A stretch of DNA of 64,000 nucleotides, from NCBI GenBank assembly GCA_963717435.1, contig OY970332.1, positions 800,001-864,000 on the forward strand. The letters are read 5' to 3'. The position numbers were made by a program, and so were the translations under genes. The notes under the pieces are model-generated. The model did not search any database. It saw only the letters and a program-made list of their open reading frames with translations, and was not told the DNA's origin. Source of the DNA: an uncultured bacterium. Lineage in GTDB: Bacteria > Babelota > Babeliae > Babelales > Babelaceae. How positions within the stretch are numbered: position 1 is the first letter of the stretch; every line of letters begins with the position of its first letter. Shown here piece after piece: positions 30,695 through 39,584 of the stretch.

Positions 30695-30748
30695 ATCCCT
30701 CGATACAATCACCTTCACTACGTTTCGGTGATCACTCGGGACGAGCGG
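30695..30748 (-). repeat. Type A palindromic element (right member of inverted doublet)
   Basis: ATCCCTCGATACA-ATCACCTTCACTACGTTTCGGTGAT-CACTCGGGACGAGCGG. Confidence 0.92.
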
Positions 30749-30803
30749 TTTTGCTTACGTATACAATTTATGTAAAATTCCACAGAATCTAATTATCAAA
30801 AAT

Positions 30804-31616
30804 TTAATTTTGCTTTAGGCCGAAAATCTTGTAGCAGTTGTTTGTGGTGACTGTTGAAATAGTTTGCAAATCTAGTCCAAGCAGTTCTCCAACAAAATTT
30901 GCTATAGTGACTATCTCTTTTGGGTGATTAACCTGCCCGCGGATGTTTTGGGGCGGCAAAAACGGCGCGTCGGTTTCAAGAACAATATTTTCAACTCCGA
31001 CAGATTTGACGACGTCACGTAATATATTATTTTTCGGATAAGTTATTGTTCCGCCAATTCCTAAAACAAAACCCATATTTATAGCATCTTGCGCAAAGCC
31101 AAGATCTTCAGAGAAGCAGTGAATTACGCCACGTAATTTGGTGTCTTTAAACTGTTCAAGATGTTTCAGGACATCGTCACCTGCGTCACGTGTGTGAATA
31201 GAGAGTGCAAGATTGTGCTCCAAAGCTAACTCTATTTGTGCTTTAAATGCATCTATTTGCAAGTTTTTGCTATATTCTGGATAGTGATAATCTAACCCAG
31301 TTTCGCCTATAGCCACGATTTTGTGGCCAACTTGTTCAAGATATTTTTCCAGCTCTTTCAGTTCTTTGTGCCAGTCTTTGGTGCAATCGTTTGGATGAAT
31401 GCCTATAGACGCAAAAACATTTGCAAATAAATTGGCAAGCTCTATACTATTGAGACTTTCTATAAAACTTGTCCCGATATTAATTATTTTTTTAACCCCG
31501 CAGTTTCCTGCCTCGGTTATTATATTATTTGCTTGCTGAAAATTTTCTTGATTTAATCTGACATCAAAAGCCTTTTTGACAATCATATTAATGTGACAAT
31601 GTGTATCTACTAGCAT
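30804..31616 (-). CDS. tatD: TatD family DNase
   Basis: DTHCH, GIHP, AIGETGLDY, IHTRDA, IHCFS, LETDAPFL. Confidence 0.95.
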   Translation of the reverse strand: MLVDTHCHINMIVKKAFDVRLNQENFQQANNIITEAGNCGVKKIINIGTSFIESLNSIELANLFANVFASIGIHPNDCTKDWHKELKELEKYLEQVGHKIVAIGETGLDYHYPEYSKNLQIDAFKAQIELALEHNLALSIHTRDAGDDVLKHLEQFKDTKLRGVIHCFSEDLGFAQDAINMGFVLGIGGTITYPKNNILRDVVKSVGVENIVLETDAPFLPPQNIRGQVNHPKEIVTIANFVGELLGLDLQTISTVTTNNCYKIFGLKQN

Positions 31617-31764
31617 CTATGCCCCAAAATAAACGTTTTTTTGATTTCAAAAGTTGACAAACTCATAAATAGAATTACGCTATTTTGAAAATCAAGCAAG
31701 TAAAATATGCATCTTTCAAGCGGTGCATAAAACCTTATTAACCCATAAGTATAGGAGTCTTTCA

Positions 31765-32046
31765 ATGAATAAGACTGAATTAATCAATGCGCTGTCTGAA
31801 GAAACTACCTTCAGCAAAAAAGATATCTCTAGAGTTCTAGACAGCTTTGCGCGTATTTTAGAGCGTACCTTGAGAAAAGGTGACAAATTGCAATGGTCAG
31901 GATTTGGTACTTTCTCAGTATCTCGCCGTCCAGCTCGTGACGGAATCAATCCTGCAACAAAACAAAAGATCAGATTGAGCGAAACATTTGTTCCTAAATT
32001 CAAAGCTGGTAAAAACTTGAAAGAGTCTGTACGAGCTTCTAGGTAA
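31765..32046 (+). CDS. hup: HU family DNA-binding protein
   Basis: MNKTELI, GFGTF, R.GINPAT, PKFKAGK.LK; AGGAG RBS before ATG 31765. Confidence 0.95.
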   Translation: MNKTELINALSEETTFSKKDISRVLDSFARILERTLRKGDKLQWSGFGTFSVSRRPARDGINPATKQKIRLSETFVPKFKAGKNLKESVRASR

Positions 32047-32077
32047 ATAGTTTTTAAAAGTAATAAGCTTTTATCCT

Positions 32078-32104
32078 AATAATGGGCCGCATAGGCCCAT
32101 TATT
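32078..32104. terminator. Bidirectional intrinsic terminator
   Basis: AATAATGGGCC-GCATA-GGCCCATTATT between convergent genes. Confidence 0.8.
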
Positions 32105-32128
32105 TGTTGCTCATTTTTTTATAGTCAA

Positions 32129-32602
32129 TTAGTTAGCTGCGCTTGTCTGTTCAGCGGTAGCCGTTGTGTCATTCTTTTTTCCAAGCGGTAGACTAGATTT
32201 CGGGACCAACTTTGGTGTTGATGACGTTAGTGCGCTTGCTGCTGCAGGTCGTACGTTGGTAATTACTTGTGTTGTTATACCGCCCTTGCCATCATTTTGT
32301 ATGTGAAGATCCAGAATTATTGGACTAAGACAGCCCAACTGCAGTGGCTGTGATATTGGATTCCCTGAACTGTCTTTGACGGGATTGCCCGAATCGTCCA
32401 GTTTCGAAATTGAAATTGCGCCTCCGCAAATTGTCTGCTTAGCTAAAGTGGTTTTTTTGAAGGACCTGATAGCAAAAAGTTGTTTCCCAAAACTTGTCGT
32501 TATTATCATGACATTAAAATCTGAGTCGTTAAAAATATTATATTGTCCAGATTGGATGCCCATATTTGTAGCAATAAATATGTAAAAAATATATTTTTTC
32601 AT
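32129..32602 (-). CDS. Small secreted beta-rich protein (tandem paralog)
   Basis: Signal peptide; ICG...L.C..P..LDL.I.NDG.GGI shared with neighbour; Ser/Thr/Ala tail. Confidence 0.75.
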   Translation of the reverse strand: MKKYIFYIFIATNMGIQSGQYNIFNDSDFNVMIITTSFGKQLFAIRSFKKTTLAKQTICGGAISISKLDDSGNPVKDSSGNPISQPLQLGCLSPIILDLHIQNDGKGGITTQVITNVRPAAASALTSSTPKLVPKSSLPLGKKNDTTATAEQTSAAN

Positions 32603-32633
32603 AGCTTTCCCTTCTAATAATAATTAAAAATAA

Positions 32634-33053
32634 TCAAATATTAATACTCAGCTTGTTTTGAAGTTGTTTAAGCAGCTCTATAATTTTTTTGTAGTTATTT
32701 ATTTTGGCCCTGTTTTCAAAAGATACAGAAGCTGAAATTCCACCATTGCCGTCATTTATTATGGTCAAATCCAGTGTTCTTGGATCCATGCAGTTTAGTG
32801 ATAGTGCTAATTTTGAATTTGTTACAGTTCCGCCCATCGCCTGAACTGTAACATTGCCGCAAATCTGTTTTTTTATTAGCACAGAGTTTGAAAATAGAGT
32901 TATTACTTGCGGTACGGGCTTGTCGCAATTAATTGTTATAGTGTAGTTTGACCAGTTATTTATATTGAATAACACTGCTTTCAGATTAAAATTTGCGCTT
33001 ATTAATGCCAATAATATATATCTTGCTAGCCCGTGGTTTATGTAATTTTTCAT
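32634..33053 (-). CDS. Small secreted beta-rich protein (tandem paralog)
   Basis: Signal peptide; KQICG...LNCMDPRTLDLTIINDGNGGI. Confidence 0.75.
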   Translation of the reverse strand: MKNYINHGLARYILLALISANFNLKAVLFNINNWSNYTITINCDKPVPQVITLFSNSVLIKKQICGNVTVQAMGGTVTNSKLALSLNCMDPRTLDLTIINDGNGGISASVSFENRAKINNYKKIIELLKQLQNKLSINI

Positions 33054-33300
33054 ATAACCCCTTCCCAAATTGTTTTTAACTGTTTTTAAGCTGGTTCTAA
33101 GCTTGAAGCTAAGAGTTTATACTCTTTATCTATATTTCATCAAAACAGCAGGGAGTTAGTAAACAGTTTTTATATTTGGCAGTTCAGATTCTGTCACTTT
33201 AAAAAAAATAGATTTACCTGTATTATTACTGTGTACACTTAATTTTTTATTTAAAATTATATAAATAAGATATTTTGAAAGATAACTTGAAAGATAACTA

Positions 33301-34530
33301 ATGATAGACCTGAATGCGCTACGTGAAAATCCGGCCAAAACTATCGCCAGCATAAAACGCAAGGACCCTGAGTTCGATGCGGAAAAGCTTGCGTCTTTAG
33401 ATCAGGAATTGCGACATCTTAAGGTAGAAATCGAGAGCCTGCGCAACCAGAAAAATGAACTTGCAAAGCTTGGCAAATCTGGCGTTACTGAACAGTTAAG
33501 GGAACAATCTAAGCATATTAGTTCAAGCTTGAAAGACAAAGAAGCTGCTCTTGAGAAAATTGAACAAGATTTCAAAAATCTATATTTGATGTGCCCCAAC
33601 GTCCCATTTGACGACGTTCCAAATGGAAACAAAGAATCTAATAAAGTTGTAAAAGAAGTTGGGAAAAAGCCAGAATTTAAGTTTGAGCCTAAAAATCATG
33701 TCGAGTTGGGAAAAGAATTGGGCTGGTTTGATTTTGAAGCTGCGTCTCGTATGACCGGAAGCAACTTTGCCCTATATAAAGGCGAAGGGGTAAAGCTTGT
33801 ATATTCTCTTATGTTGTTTATGCTAAAAAATAATATAAGACATGGATACGAGCCAATCTTGCCTCCATATTTAGTAAACGAGAAGTCTTTAGAGTCAGCA
33901 AGTAATTTCCCAAGATTTAAAGATGCTGTTTATGAAATTGAAAAAGACAGTTTATACTTGACTCCAACAGCAGAAGTTAATCTTACAAATATATATAGGG
34001 ATCACATATTTGCGGCTTCAGATCTGCCGGTAAGAATGACGGCTTGGACAAGTTGTTTCAGACGTGAAGCAGGAACTTACGGTTCTTCAGAACGGGGCTT
34101 GATTAGAATCCATCAGTTTGAAAAAGTTGAACTTTATGCCATTACTGAACCGGAAAAGTCTGCCGCTGAACTCGATCGCATGATAGCTTGCGCAGAAGAA
34201 ATATTAAATAAATTGGGACTTCACTACAGAATTAGTTTATTGGCTGCCCAAGACTGCTCTTTTGCATCTGCAAAAACATATGACATTGAGGTCTGGATGC
34301 CTGGCCAAAAGGCTTATTATGAAGTTTCTTCTTCAAGTAATTGCACAGATTTTCAAGCAAGAAGAGCCGCTATTAGATTTAAGCATGATGCAAATTCTAA
34401 GCCCCATTTGGTTAATACTCTAAATGCTTCTTCACTTGCACTGCCAAGATTAATGGTTGCACTTATGGAAACTTATCAACAGGAAGATGGGACCATAGCT
34501 ATCCCAGATATTTTAAAAACTATATTTTAA
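33301..34530 (+). CDS. serS: Serine--tRNA ligase
   Basis: N-terminal coiled coil; YLTPTAEV, CFRREAG, RGLIRIHQFEKVE, EVSSSSNCTDFQARR. Confidence 0.97.
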   Translation: MIDLNALRENPAKTIASIKRKDPEFDAEKLASLDQELRHLKVEIESLRNQKNELAKLGKSGVTEQLREQSKHISSSLKDKEAALEKIEQDFKNLYLMCPNVPFDDVPNGNKESNKVVKEVGKKPEFKFEPKNHVELGKELGWFDFEAASRMTGSNFALYKGEGVKLVYSLMLFMLKNNIRHGYEPILPPYLVNEKSLESASNFPRFKDAVYEIEKDSLYLTPTAEVNLTNIYRDHIFAASDLPVRMTAWTSCFRREAGTYGSSERGLIRIHQFEKVELYAITEPEKSAAELDRMIACAEEILNKLGLHYRISLLAAQDCSFASAKTYDIEVWMPGQKAYYEVSSSSNCTDFQARRAAIRFKHDANSKPHLVNTLNASSLALPRLMVALMETYQQEDGTIAIPDILKTIF

Positions 34531-34547
34531 TTTAAATTTTTATTTTC

Positions 34548-35417
34548 ATGATAAAAAAAGAGCTTCTTGAAAAAGTTAAACATATAGAGATTCAAACCAA
34601 GCGGGTACTTTCGGGATTTATGTCTGGGGATTATAGAACCAAGACACGAGGATTCGGATTTGATTTTGATCAACTGCGAGACTATGTTCAGGGCGATGAC
34701 GTTAGATTTATTGACTGGAAAAGTTCTGCCCGCATGGGAAAAACTTTGGTTCGGCAGTATCTTGAAGATAAAAATAGATCGATATTTGTAATGCTTGATA
34801 TCTCAGGATCAACTTTTTTTGCTGATAAAAAAGATTTTATGGCCCAAATTGGATCTGTTTTATCACTTGCAGGTTTCTATAATAAAGATAATGTTGGCCT
34901 AATTTTATTTAGTAACAAAATTTTAAAATTTATACCTGCTCGTGCAGGCAGGCAGCATGTGTTAAAAATTATAGAAGAGATATTTGAGTTTGAAAGTGAA
35001 ACTGACTCGAAATTAACTAATTTGACTGATATATCCCAAGTTATAAAAGAGACTATGGGAAGACTTAAAAATAATAGTGTTGTTTTTTTGATATCAGATT
35101 TTTGGGATCAGGATTATCAAGATTCACTAAAAGTATTTTCAAAGCACCACGACGTGATAGCTATCTCTTGTTATAAGTTTATAGAGAAAGCTTTGCCCAA
35201 GGTTGGCATTTTGGAGTTTGAAGATTTGGAAAGTTCTTCTAAGTCTGTTTTAAATTTAAACTCGGGTGGCGCTAAGCGAGTTAATATTTTTTTGAAAAAT
35301 TTTAGAGAAGATTTTGTAAAGTTTTGCAAACAAAACTCTATCGATGTTTTAGAAATAAATAACGACCACGATGTAATTAATAAATTAATAGAGCTGTTTC
35401 AAAAAAGAATAAAATAA
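34548..35417 (+). CDS. DUF58 family vWA-like protein
   Basis: G.DFDQLRDYVQGDDVRFIDWKSSAR, DISGS, ISDF. Confidence 0.9.
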   Translation: MIKKELLEKVKHIEIQTKRVLSGFMSGDYRTKTRGFGFDFDQLRDYVQGDDVRFIDWKSSARMGKTLVRQYLEDKNRSIFVMLDISGSTFFADKKDFMAQIGSVLSLAGFYNKDNVGLILFSNKILKFIPARAGRQHVLKIIEEIFEFESETDSKLTNLTDISQVIKETMGRLKNNSVVFLISDFWDQDYQDSLKVFSKHHDVIAISCYKFIEKALPKVGILEFEDLESSSKSVLNLNSGGAKRVNIFLKNFREDFVKFCKQNSIDVLEINNDHDVINKLIELFQKRIK

Positions 35418-35419
35418 TT

Positions 35420-36016
35420 ATGCTTAATAATCCCAATAATATTAATATAGAAGATATTTATGACATTATTGAAAAGCCCGCAGCAGTAAATTACAGATTT
35501 TTATTTGCTGCAATATTTGCTTTTGTTGTGCTAATTATAGTTATATTTTTTATTGTCAGAAAATATTTAAAACACGAAAAAAATTCGCCAGAGAATTTAG
35601 CAATAAAAAACTTAAAAGCTTTAAAAATAGAAAAATATTTTCAAGAAAACAGATCCAGTTATTTATATGCAGAGATTTCAAAAATTATAAAAAACTATTT
35701 TTCACAAAAAACTGGAATAAATTTTTTGAGCATGAGCGACGAGGAGTTTGTTAAATATTTGCAAGATGTTATATCAAGTGGGGATAGTTCTATTTTAGAA
35801 TCACAAGCGCCGGCAGGTACTAAAATTGATACAAGTATCAGCGGCTTTATTGATAAAAATAATTTAGATATGTTAATAAAATTAATTTCTAATTTTCAGA
35901 AAGTTAAGTTTGCTCGCCATGGAGTGGAAGAATCACAAGTGTCCGATGACATTTCTAAAATTATAGCAGTTTTATTGATCACAAACAAAGACAAAAATAA
36001 AATCACAAAAGACTAG
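35420..36016 (+). CDS. Single-TM protein of Bat/MoxR-type operons
   Basis: DIYDI, TM helix, A...LK.L...Y..IS.IIK.Y, M..EE, VKFA pattern; follows DUF58 gene. Confidence 0.65.
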   Translation: MLNNPNNINIEDIYDIIEKPAAVNYRFLFAAIFAFVVLIIVIFFIVRKYLKHEKNSPENLAIKNLKALKIEKYFQENRSSYLYAEISKIIKNYFSQKTGINFLSMSDEEFVKYLQDVISSGDSSILESQAPAGTKIDTSISGFIDKNNLDMLIKLISNFQKVKFARHGVEESQVSDDISKIIAVLLITNKDKNKITKD

Positions 36017-36025
36017 GGACAAAAT

Positions 36026-37177
36026 TTGAATTTTGATAGCACGGCGATTGTAAAGTCGCTATATATACATTGGCCATTTTGTCCATATAGATGCCATTTT
36101 TGCCCATTTGTTGCATTGGCGGGTCAAGATGAATTTATGGGGGTCTATCATAAAGCGCTTTGCAAAGAGATTCTGGATTTTGGAGAATCTGAAATTACAA
36201 AAACTCCTATAAGTACGGTCTTTTTGGGCGGGGGCACGCCAAGTACCATGCCAAATGAGATGCTACTTGACATGTCTGGTATACTTAATAATGTCTTCAC
36301 TTTTGAAGACGATGCCGAAATTACCATCGAGGTAAATCCGGGAACAGTTAAACCTGGCCAATTGGAAGTTTGGCAATCAGCAGGGATCAATAGATTGAGT
36401 ATAGGGGTACAGAGTCTTAATAATCAGGTTTTGAAAAAACTAAATAGGCATCAGAACGCTGCTGATGTTTTTGCTTTATTGGATAGTGCAAAAAATATAT
36501 TCGATAATTTATCGATAGACTTAATTGTTGGGTTGCCCGGAGTCTCTTCTGATGACTGGAAAGAAACTTTAAAAACTGTTGTGACGCTGCCCATTAAACA
36601 TATTTCTATATATTTTTTAACTGTTCATGAAGACACGCCATTATATTTTGGCGTTAAGCAAAAAAAGATACTATTGCCACAAGATAATCAGATAGTTGAT
36701 CTGTATTATTGGTCAATCGACTATCTAGGGCAGAATGGCTTTTTGCAATATGAGATTTCAAATTTTGCAAAGCCGGGTTATGAATCGAGACATAATTCTG
36801 CTTATTGGAACAGACTCCCGTATAAAGCATTTGGCCTGGGCGCATGTTCTTTTGATGGTAACTCAAGATTTCAAAACGAAAAGAATCTTACAAAATATAT
36901 GGACGGTATAAATAATTTAAATGGAGCCATTAGCTTTTCTGAAAAACTTACCCAAGAGCAGGTTTGGGTTGAGAAATTGATGCTGGGATTGAGAAAGATT
37001 TCTGGCATGAAACTGGCCGATATGCTTGACGGACTTGATTTTGAAAAGCGCGAGCAATTTTTGGGCAAGCTTGATTTCTTACAAAAAGAGAATCTTCTGT
37101 TGGTTCAAGATTGTGTAGTTAAATTAACAAAACCCGGTCTTTCACTGGAAAATGAAATTGTTTTAAGACTTATTTAG
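36026..37177 (+). CDS. hemW: Radical SAM heme chaperone (HemN-like)
   Basis: LYIHWPFCPYRCHFC, GGGTPS, EVNP, GINRLSIGVQS, YEISNF, HNSAYW. Confidence 0.9.
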   Translation: MNFDSTAIVKSLYIHWPFCPYRCHFCPFVALAGQDEFMGVYHKALCKEILDFGESEITKTPISTVFLGGGTPSTMPNEMLLDMSGILNNVFTFEDDAEITIEVNPGTVKPGQLEVWQSAGINRLSIGVQSLNNQVLKKLNRHQNAADVFALLDSAKNIFDNLSIDLIVGLPGVSSDDWKETLKTVVTLPIKHISIYFLTVHEDTPLYFGVKQKKILLPQDNQIVDLYYWSIDYLGQNGFLQYEISNFAKPGYESRHNSAYWNRLPYKAFGLGACSFDGNSRFQNEKNLTKYMDGINNLNGAISFSEKLTQEQVWVEKLMLGLRKISGMKLADMLDGLDFEKREQFLGKLDFLQKENLLLVQDCVVKLTKPGLSLENEIVLRLI

Positions 37178-37210
37178 TAAATCGAAAATTTTTTACGAAA
37201 GGTATCAATT

Positions 37211-37672
37211 ATGGCAAAACATGTTGGGGCTAAACTTCCTGAAGATTTAATAGAAGTTTTAAAAAAAATGCAAACAGTTGCCGTTTTGGCAACATTTTCT
37301 GAAGCCGGTCTGCCGCATACAACTCCTATACAATGCATTTATGCAAAGGGTTCAGAAAGTATTTTAATGACCATACATAAAGAACATACTGGCTACCATA
37401 ATATGGTCTGGCAGAAAAAGGTTATGATCTGCTTTCTTGATGCACAAAATGTTGCTTATAGCGTCTTGGGCCGTGCTGGTGTTGTTAGAGCGCCATCATT
37501 GGTACATCCATTAATGAACGTTGTAAGAATAGATATTATTGATATCAAGAGCGATCGTTCAGTTCTTACCAAAGTTGATTCAGGTGTTCGTTGGAGCTAT
37601 ACTTCAGCAGAAGCGCAAGAGTTAACAGAAAGTCTGATGGACGAGCTTAAGGAGCTTGCGCGTACTTTATAA
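37211..37672 (+). CDS. Pyridoxamine 5'-phosphate oxidase-like split-barrel protein
   Basis: VAVLAT...G.PHTTPI...N......V....G.A pattern. Confidence 0.7.
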   Translation: MAKHVGAKLPEDLIEVLKKMQTVAVLATFSEAGLPHTTPIQCIYAKGSESILMTIHKEHTGYHNMVWQKKVMICFLDAQNVAYSVLGRAGVVRAPSLVHPLMNVVRIDIIDIKSDRSVLTKVDSGVRWSYTSAEAQELTESLMDELKELARTL

Positions 37673-37689
37673 TTTTTTATGGGTGAATT

Positions 37690-38694
37690 ATGAAAAAACT
37701 ATCTAAAATAAAGATTATCGCGCCAGCAGCTCTATTAGGTATTAATATTTGGGGTTTAACTAGTTTAGAAAAAAATAAACAAGAAAATATTGATACAAAT
37801 ATTGGCGATAAAAATTTTAGTTCCCGAGAATCGGAGGCTGACTCATCTGAAGATTCAGGTATAGATAACGTTGATGAACAGGATAGTGGCAACTGGTACG
37901 AAAAAAGAATTTTGCTAAAGAAAGCTGGCCCAAAAAGAGCAAAAATTAGCAAAAAAGTTGCTGCCCTAACACACGGAGCCAGTGCGTTTATAGAAAAACG
38001 TAACGCCGAAGAAGCTATGGTAAAGCAAGAGCTTTTAGATTTCGGTTTCACGGTTACATACCTTGATGAACAAATAAATAATTTATCTAAAGAGATAGAC
38101 GAGACCCGCAAAAAAGAGGGCCTTAACGAACAAGAACGCTCCGCGCTTGATGAAGTCGTAAAAGATAAAGCTGATTTGGATCAGCTAAAATCTGACGTAG
38201 ATTTGATTTCTCAACTTGATGGTTCTGTCGGGAAAGCAATTGAAAAGCTAATGCAGCAGATAGAGGTCGCATCTGGTTACGAACAAAAAGCTCTTGAACT
38301 TTATGACGCGATCGCAGATGTTTTGGATGACAAAAAAGCAAAAAGTTATTATCTACAAATCGAAACATTACTTGATAATGTCGAAGCAATAGAGCGCTAT
38401 ATTAATACGCAGTTTTCAAGCTATATAGATAGCTCAATTAATACAATTAAAGAGTCTATAGAAAAAGTAAAAACTTCAACAAAAACTTTGCAAGAACGTG
38501 GTCTTATTGTAACAAAGCAGTTTGAAGAGGCACAAAAAGCTGAGCAAGAAAGAATTGCAAAAGAAAAAGCTGCAAAGAAAGCTGTTGCAAGCAAGAGCTG
38601 GTTCTCAGGCGTTACAGATTTTATGATGCAAATTTTCAGTTGGGTAGCTTACCCGTTTGTGTGGCTCTATTCGCTTATATTCGGCTCAAAATAA
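37690..38694 (+). CDS. Exported coiled-coil protein with C-terminal amphipathic anchor
   Basis: Signal-like N-terminus, heptad-rich body, aromatic C-terminal helix. Confidence 0.75.
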   Translation: MKKLSKIKIIAPAALLGINIWGLTSLEKNKQENIDTNIGDKNFSSRESEADSSEDSGIDNVDEQDSGNWYEKRILLKKAGPKRAKISKKVAALTHGASAFIEKRNAEEAMVKQELLDFGFTVTYLDEQINNLSKEIDETRKKEGLNEQERSALDEVVKDKADLDQLKSDVDLISQLDGSVGKAIEKLMQQIEVASGYEQKALELYDAIADVLDDKKAKSYYLQIETLLDNVEAIERYINTQFSSYIDSSINTIKESIEKVKTSTKTLQERGLIVTKQFEEAQKAEQERIAKEKAAKKAVASKSWFSGVTDFMMQIFSWVAYPFVWLYSLIFGSK

Positions 38695-38757
38695 TTTGTA
38701 AGACTAAGCTAATTCTGTTAGAATTTGCGTAGTATATTTTGAGTATATTTGAACAGC

Positions 38758-38844
38758 GCGGAAGTGGTGAAATTGGCAGACACGCAGCTTTGAGGGGGCT
38801 GTGGGAGTAATCCTGTAAGAGTTCGAGTCTCTTCTTCCGCACCA
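38758..38844 (+). tRNA. tRNA-Leu(GAG)
   Basis: Acceptor GCGGAAG/CTTCCGC + ACCA; anticodon loop TT-GAG-GG; long variable arm; GTTCGAGT. Confidence 0.95.
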
Positions 38845-38873
38845 GTCATTTCTCCAGAAATGACTGGCAGGCC
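38842..38873 (+). repeat. Hairpin starting at the tRNA-Leu CCA (type B-like)
   Basis: CCAGTCATTTCT-CC-AGAAATGACTGG-CAGGCC. Confidence 0.7.
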
Positions 38874-38955
38874 ACCTTCTTTAATAGTTTAAATTTAATA
38901 TAATAAAAAATTGATAGCAAAGAGCGCAGTTATGATTTCATAAGTAAGGTATTTT

Positions 38956-39459
38956 ATGAAAATAATTCGATTTATATTAGCAGGCATATTGTTTCAAGGT
39001 TTTGTGCAAGCTCAGCAAATTATTTCGCCAGAAGATTTGGATCAAATCAGTTATACATTGGGCAATTTCGTTGAAGGTATAAATAAAAAAGACTATGAAA
39101 AGATGCGTCAGGCCTTTACAAAAGATGATGCCAAACTTATCTCTGCTGTTCAACAAAAAGCTATGAGCCTCACATTATATGGACTTGCACTCAAATCTGG
39201 TGAATGTTGGCAGGAAATTGAGCCTGGCAAAAAAGTTAGATTTAATTGTATTTATAAAGAAGAGAGTCCATGCACTAAGATTTCTGGCCTTTCAACATAT
39301 TTTGTGTTTGAAAAGAGTGGCGATCGTTGGTTTATTGTTGATACTGATTTTCATAAGGAAATTTTATTTTTCACATGGCCATGGATTTTATTTTGGGCGA
39401 TCCTGGTGTTGGGGATGATCTTTTTTGGGTTGTGGAGGCTAAATCGTAATAAAAAATGA
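38956..39459 (+). CDS. Exported protein (NTF2-like pattern) with C-terminal TM anchor
   Basis: Signal peptide; F.EGIN.KDY..M...F and FEK.GDRWFI; C-terminal TM. Confidence 0.7.
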   Translation: MKIIRFILAGILFQGFVQAQQIISPEDLDQISYTLGNFVEGINKKDYEKMRQAFTKDDAKLISAVQQKAMSLTLYGLALKSGECWQEIEPGKKVRFNCIYKEESPCTKISGLSTYFVFEKSGDRWFIVDTDFHKEILFFTWPWILFWAILVLGMIFFGLWRLNRNKK

Positions 39460-39544
39460 GAAAATATCATGAAATATAATTAAAGTAAAAACTTTACTGT
39501 TATCTTCTAAAGTTCTAGTCGCCAGTATAATAAAATATGTCATA

Positions 39545-39584
39545 AAATAAATATCCCCTGGAAAAATGCAGGGGATATTTATTT
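39545..39584. terminator. Bidirectional intrinsic terminator
   Basis: 16-bp inverted repeat AAATAAATATCCCCTG / CAGGGGATATTTATTT between convergent genes. Confidence 0.8.

Noticed and set aside
147-30748. Palindromic repeats as a CRISPR array
   Set aside because: Copies are dispersed, in both orientations, with no regular repeat-spacer period and no cas genes.
35783-35839. Possible palindromic insert in the 35420 gene (ATTTTAG...CTAAAAT around a GC-rich core)
   Set aside because: Short AT-rich arms and no type A/B motifs; cannot be separated from chance.
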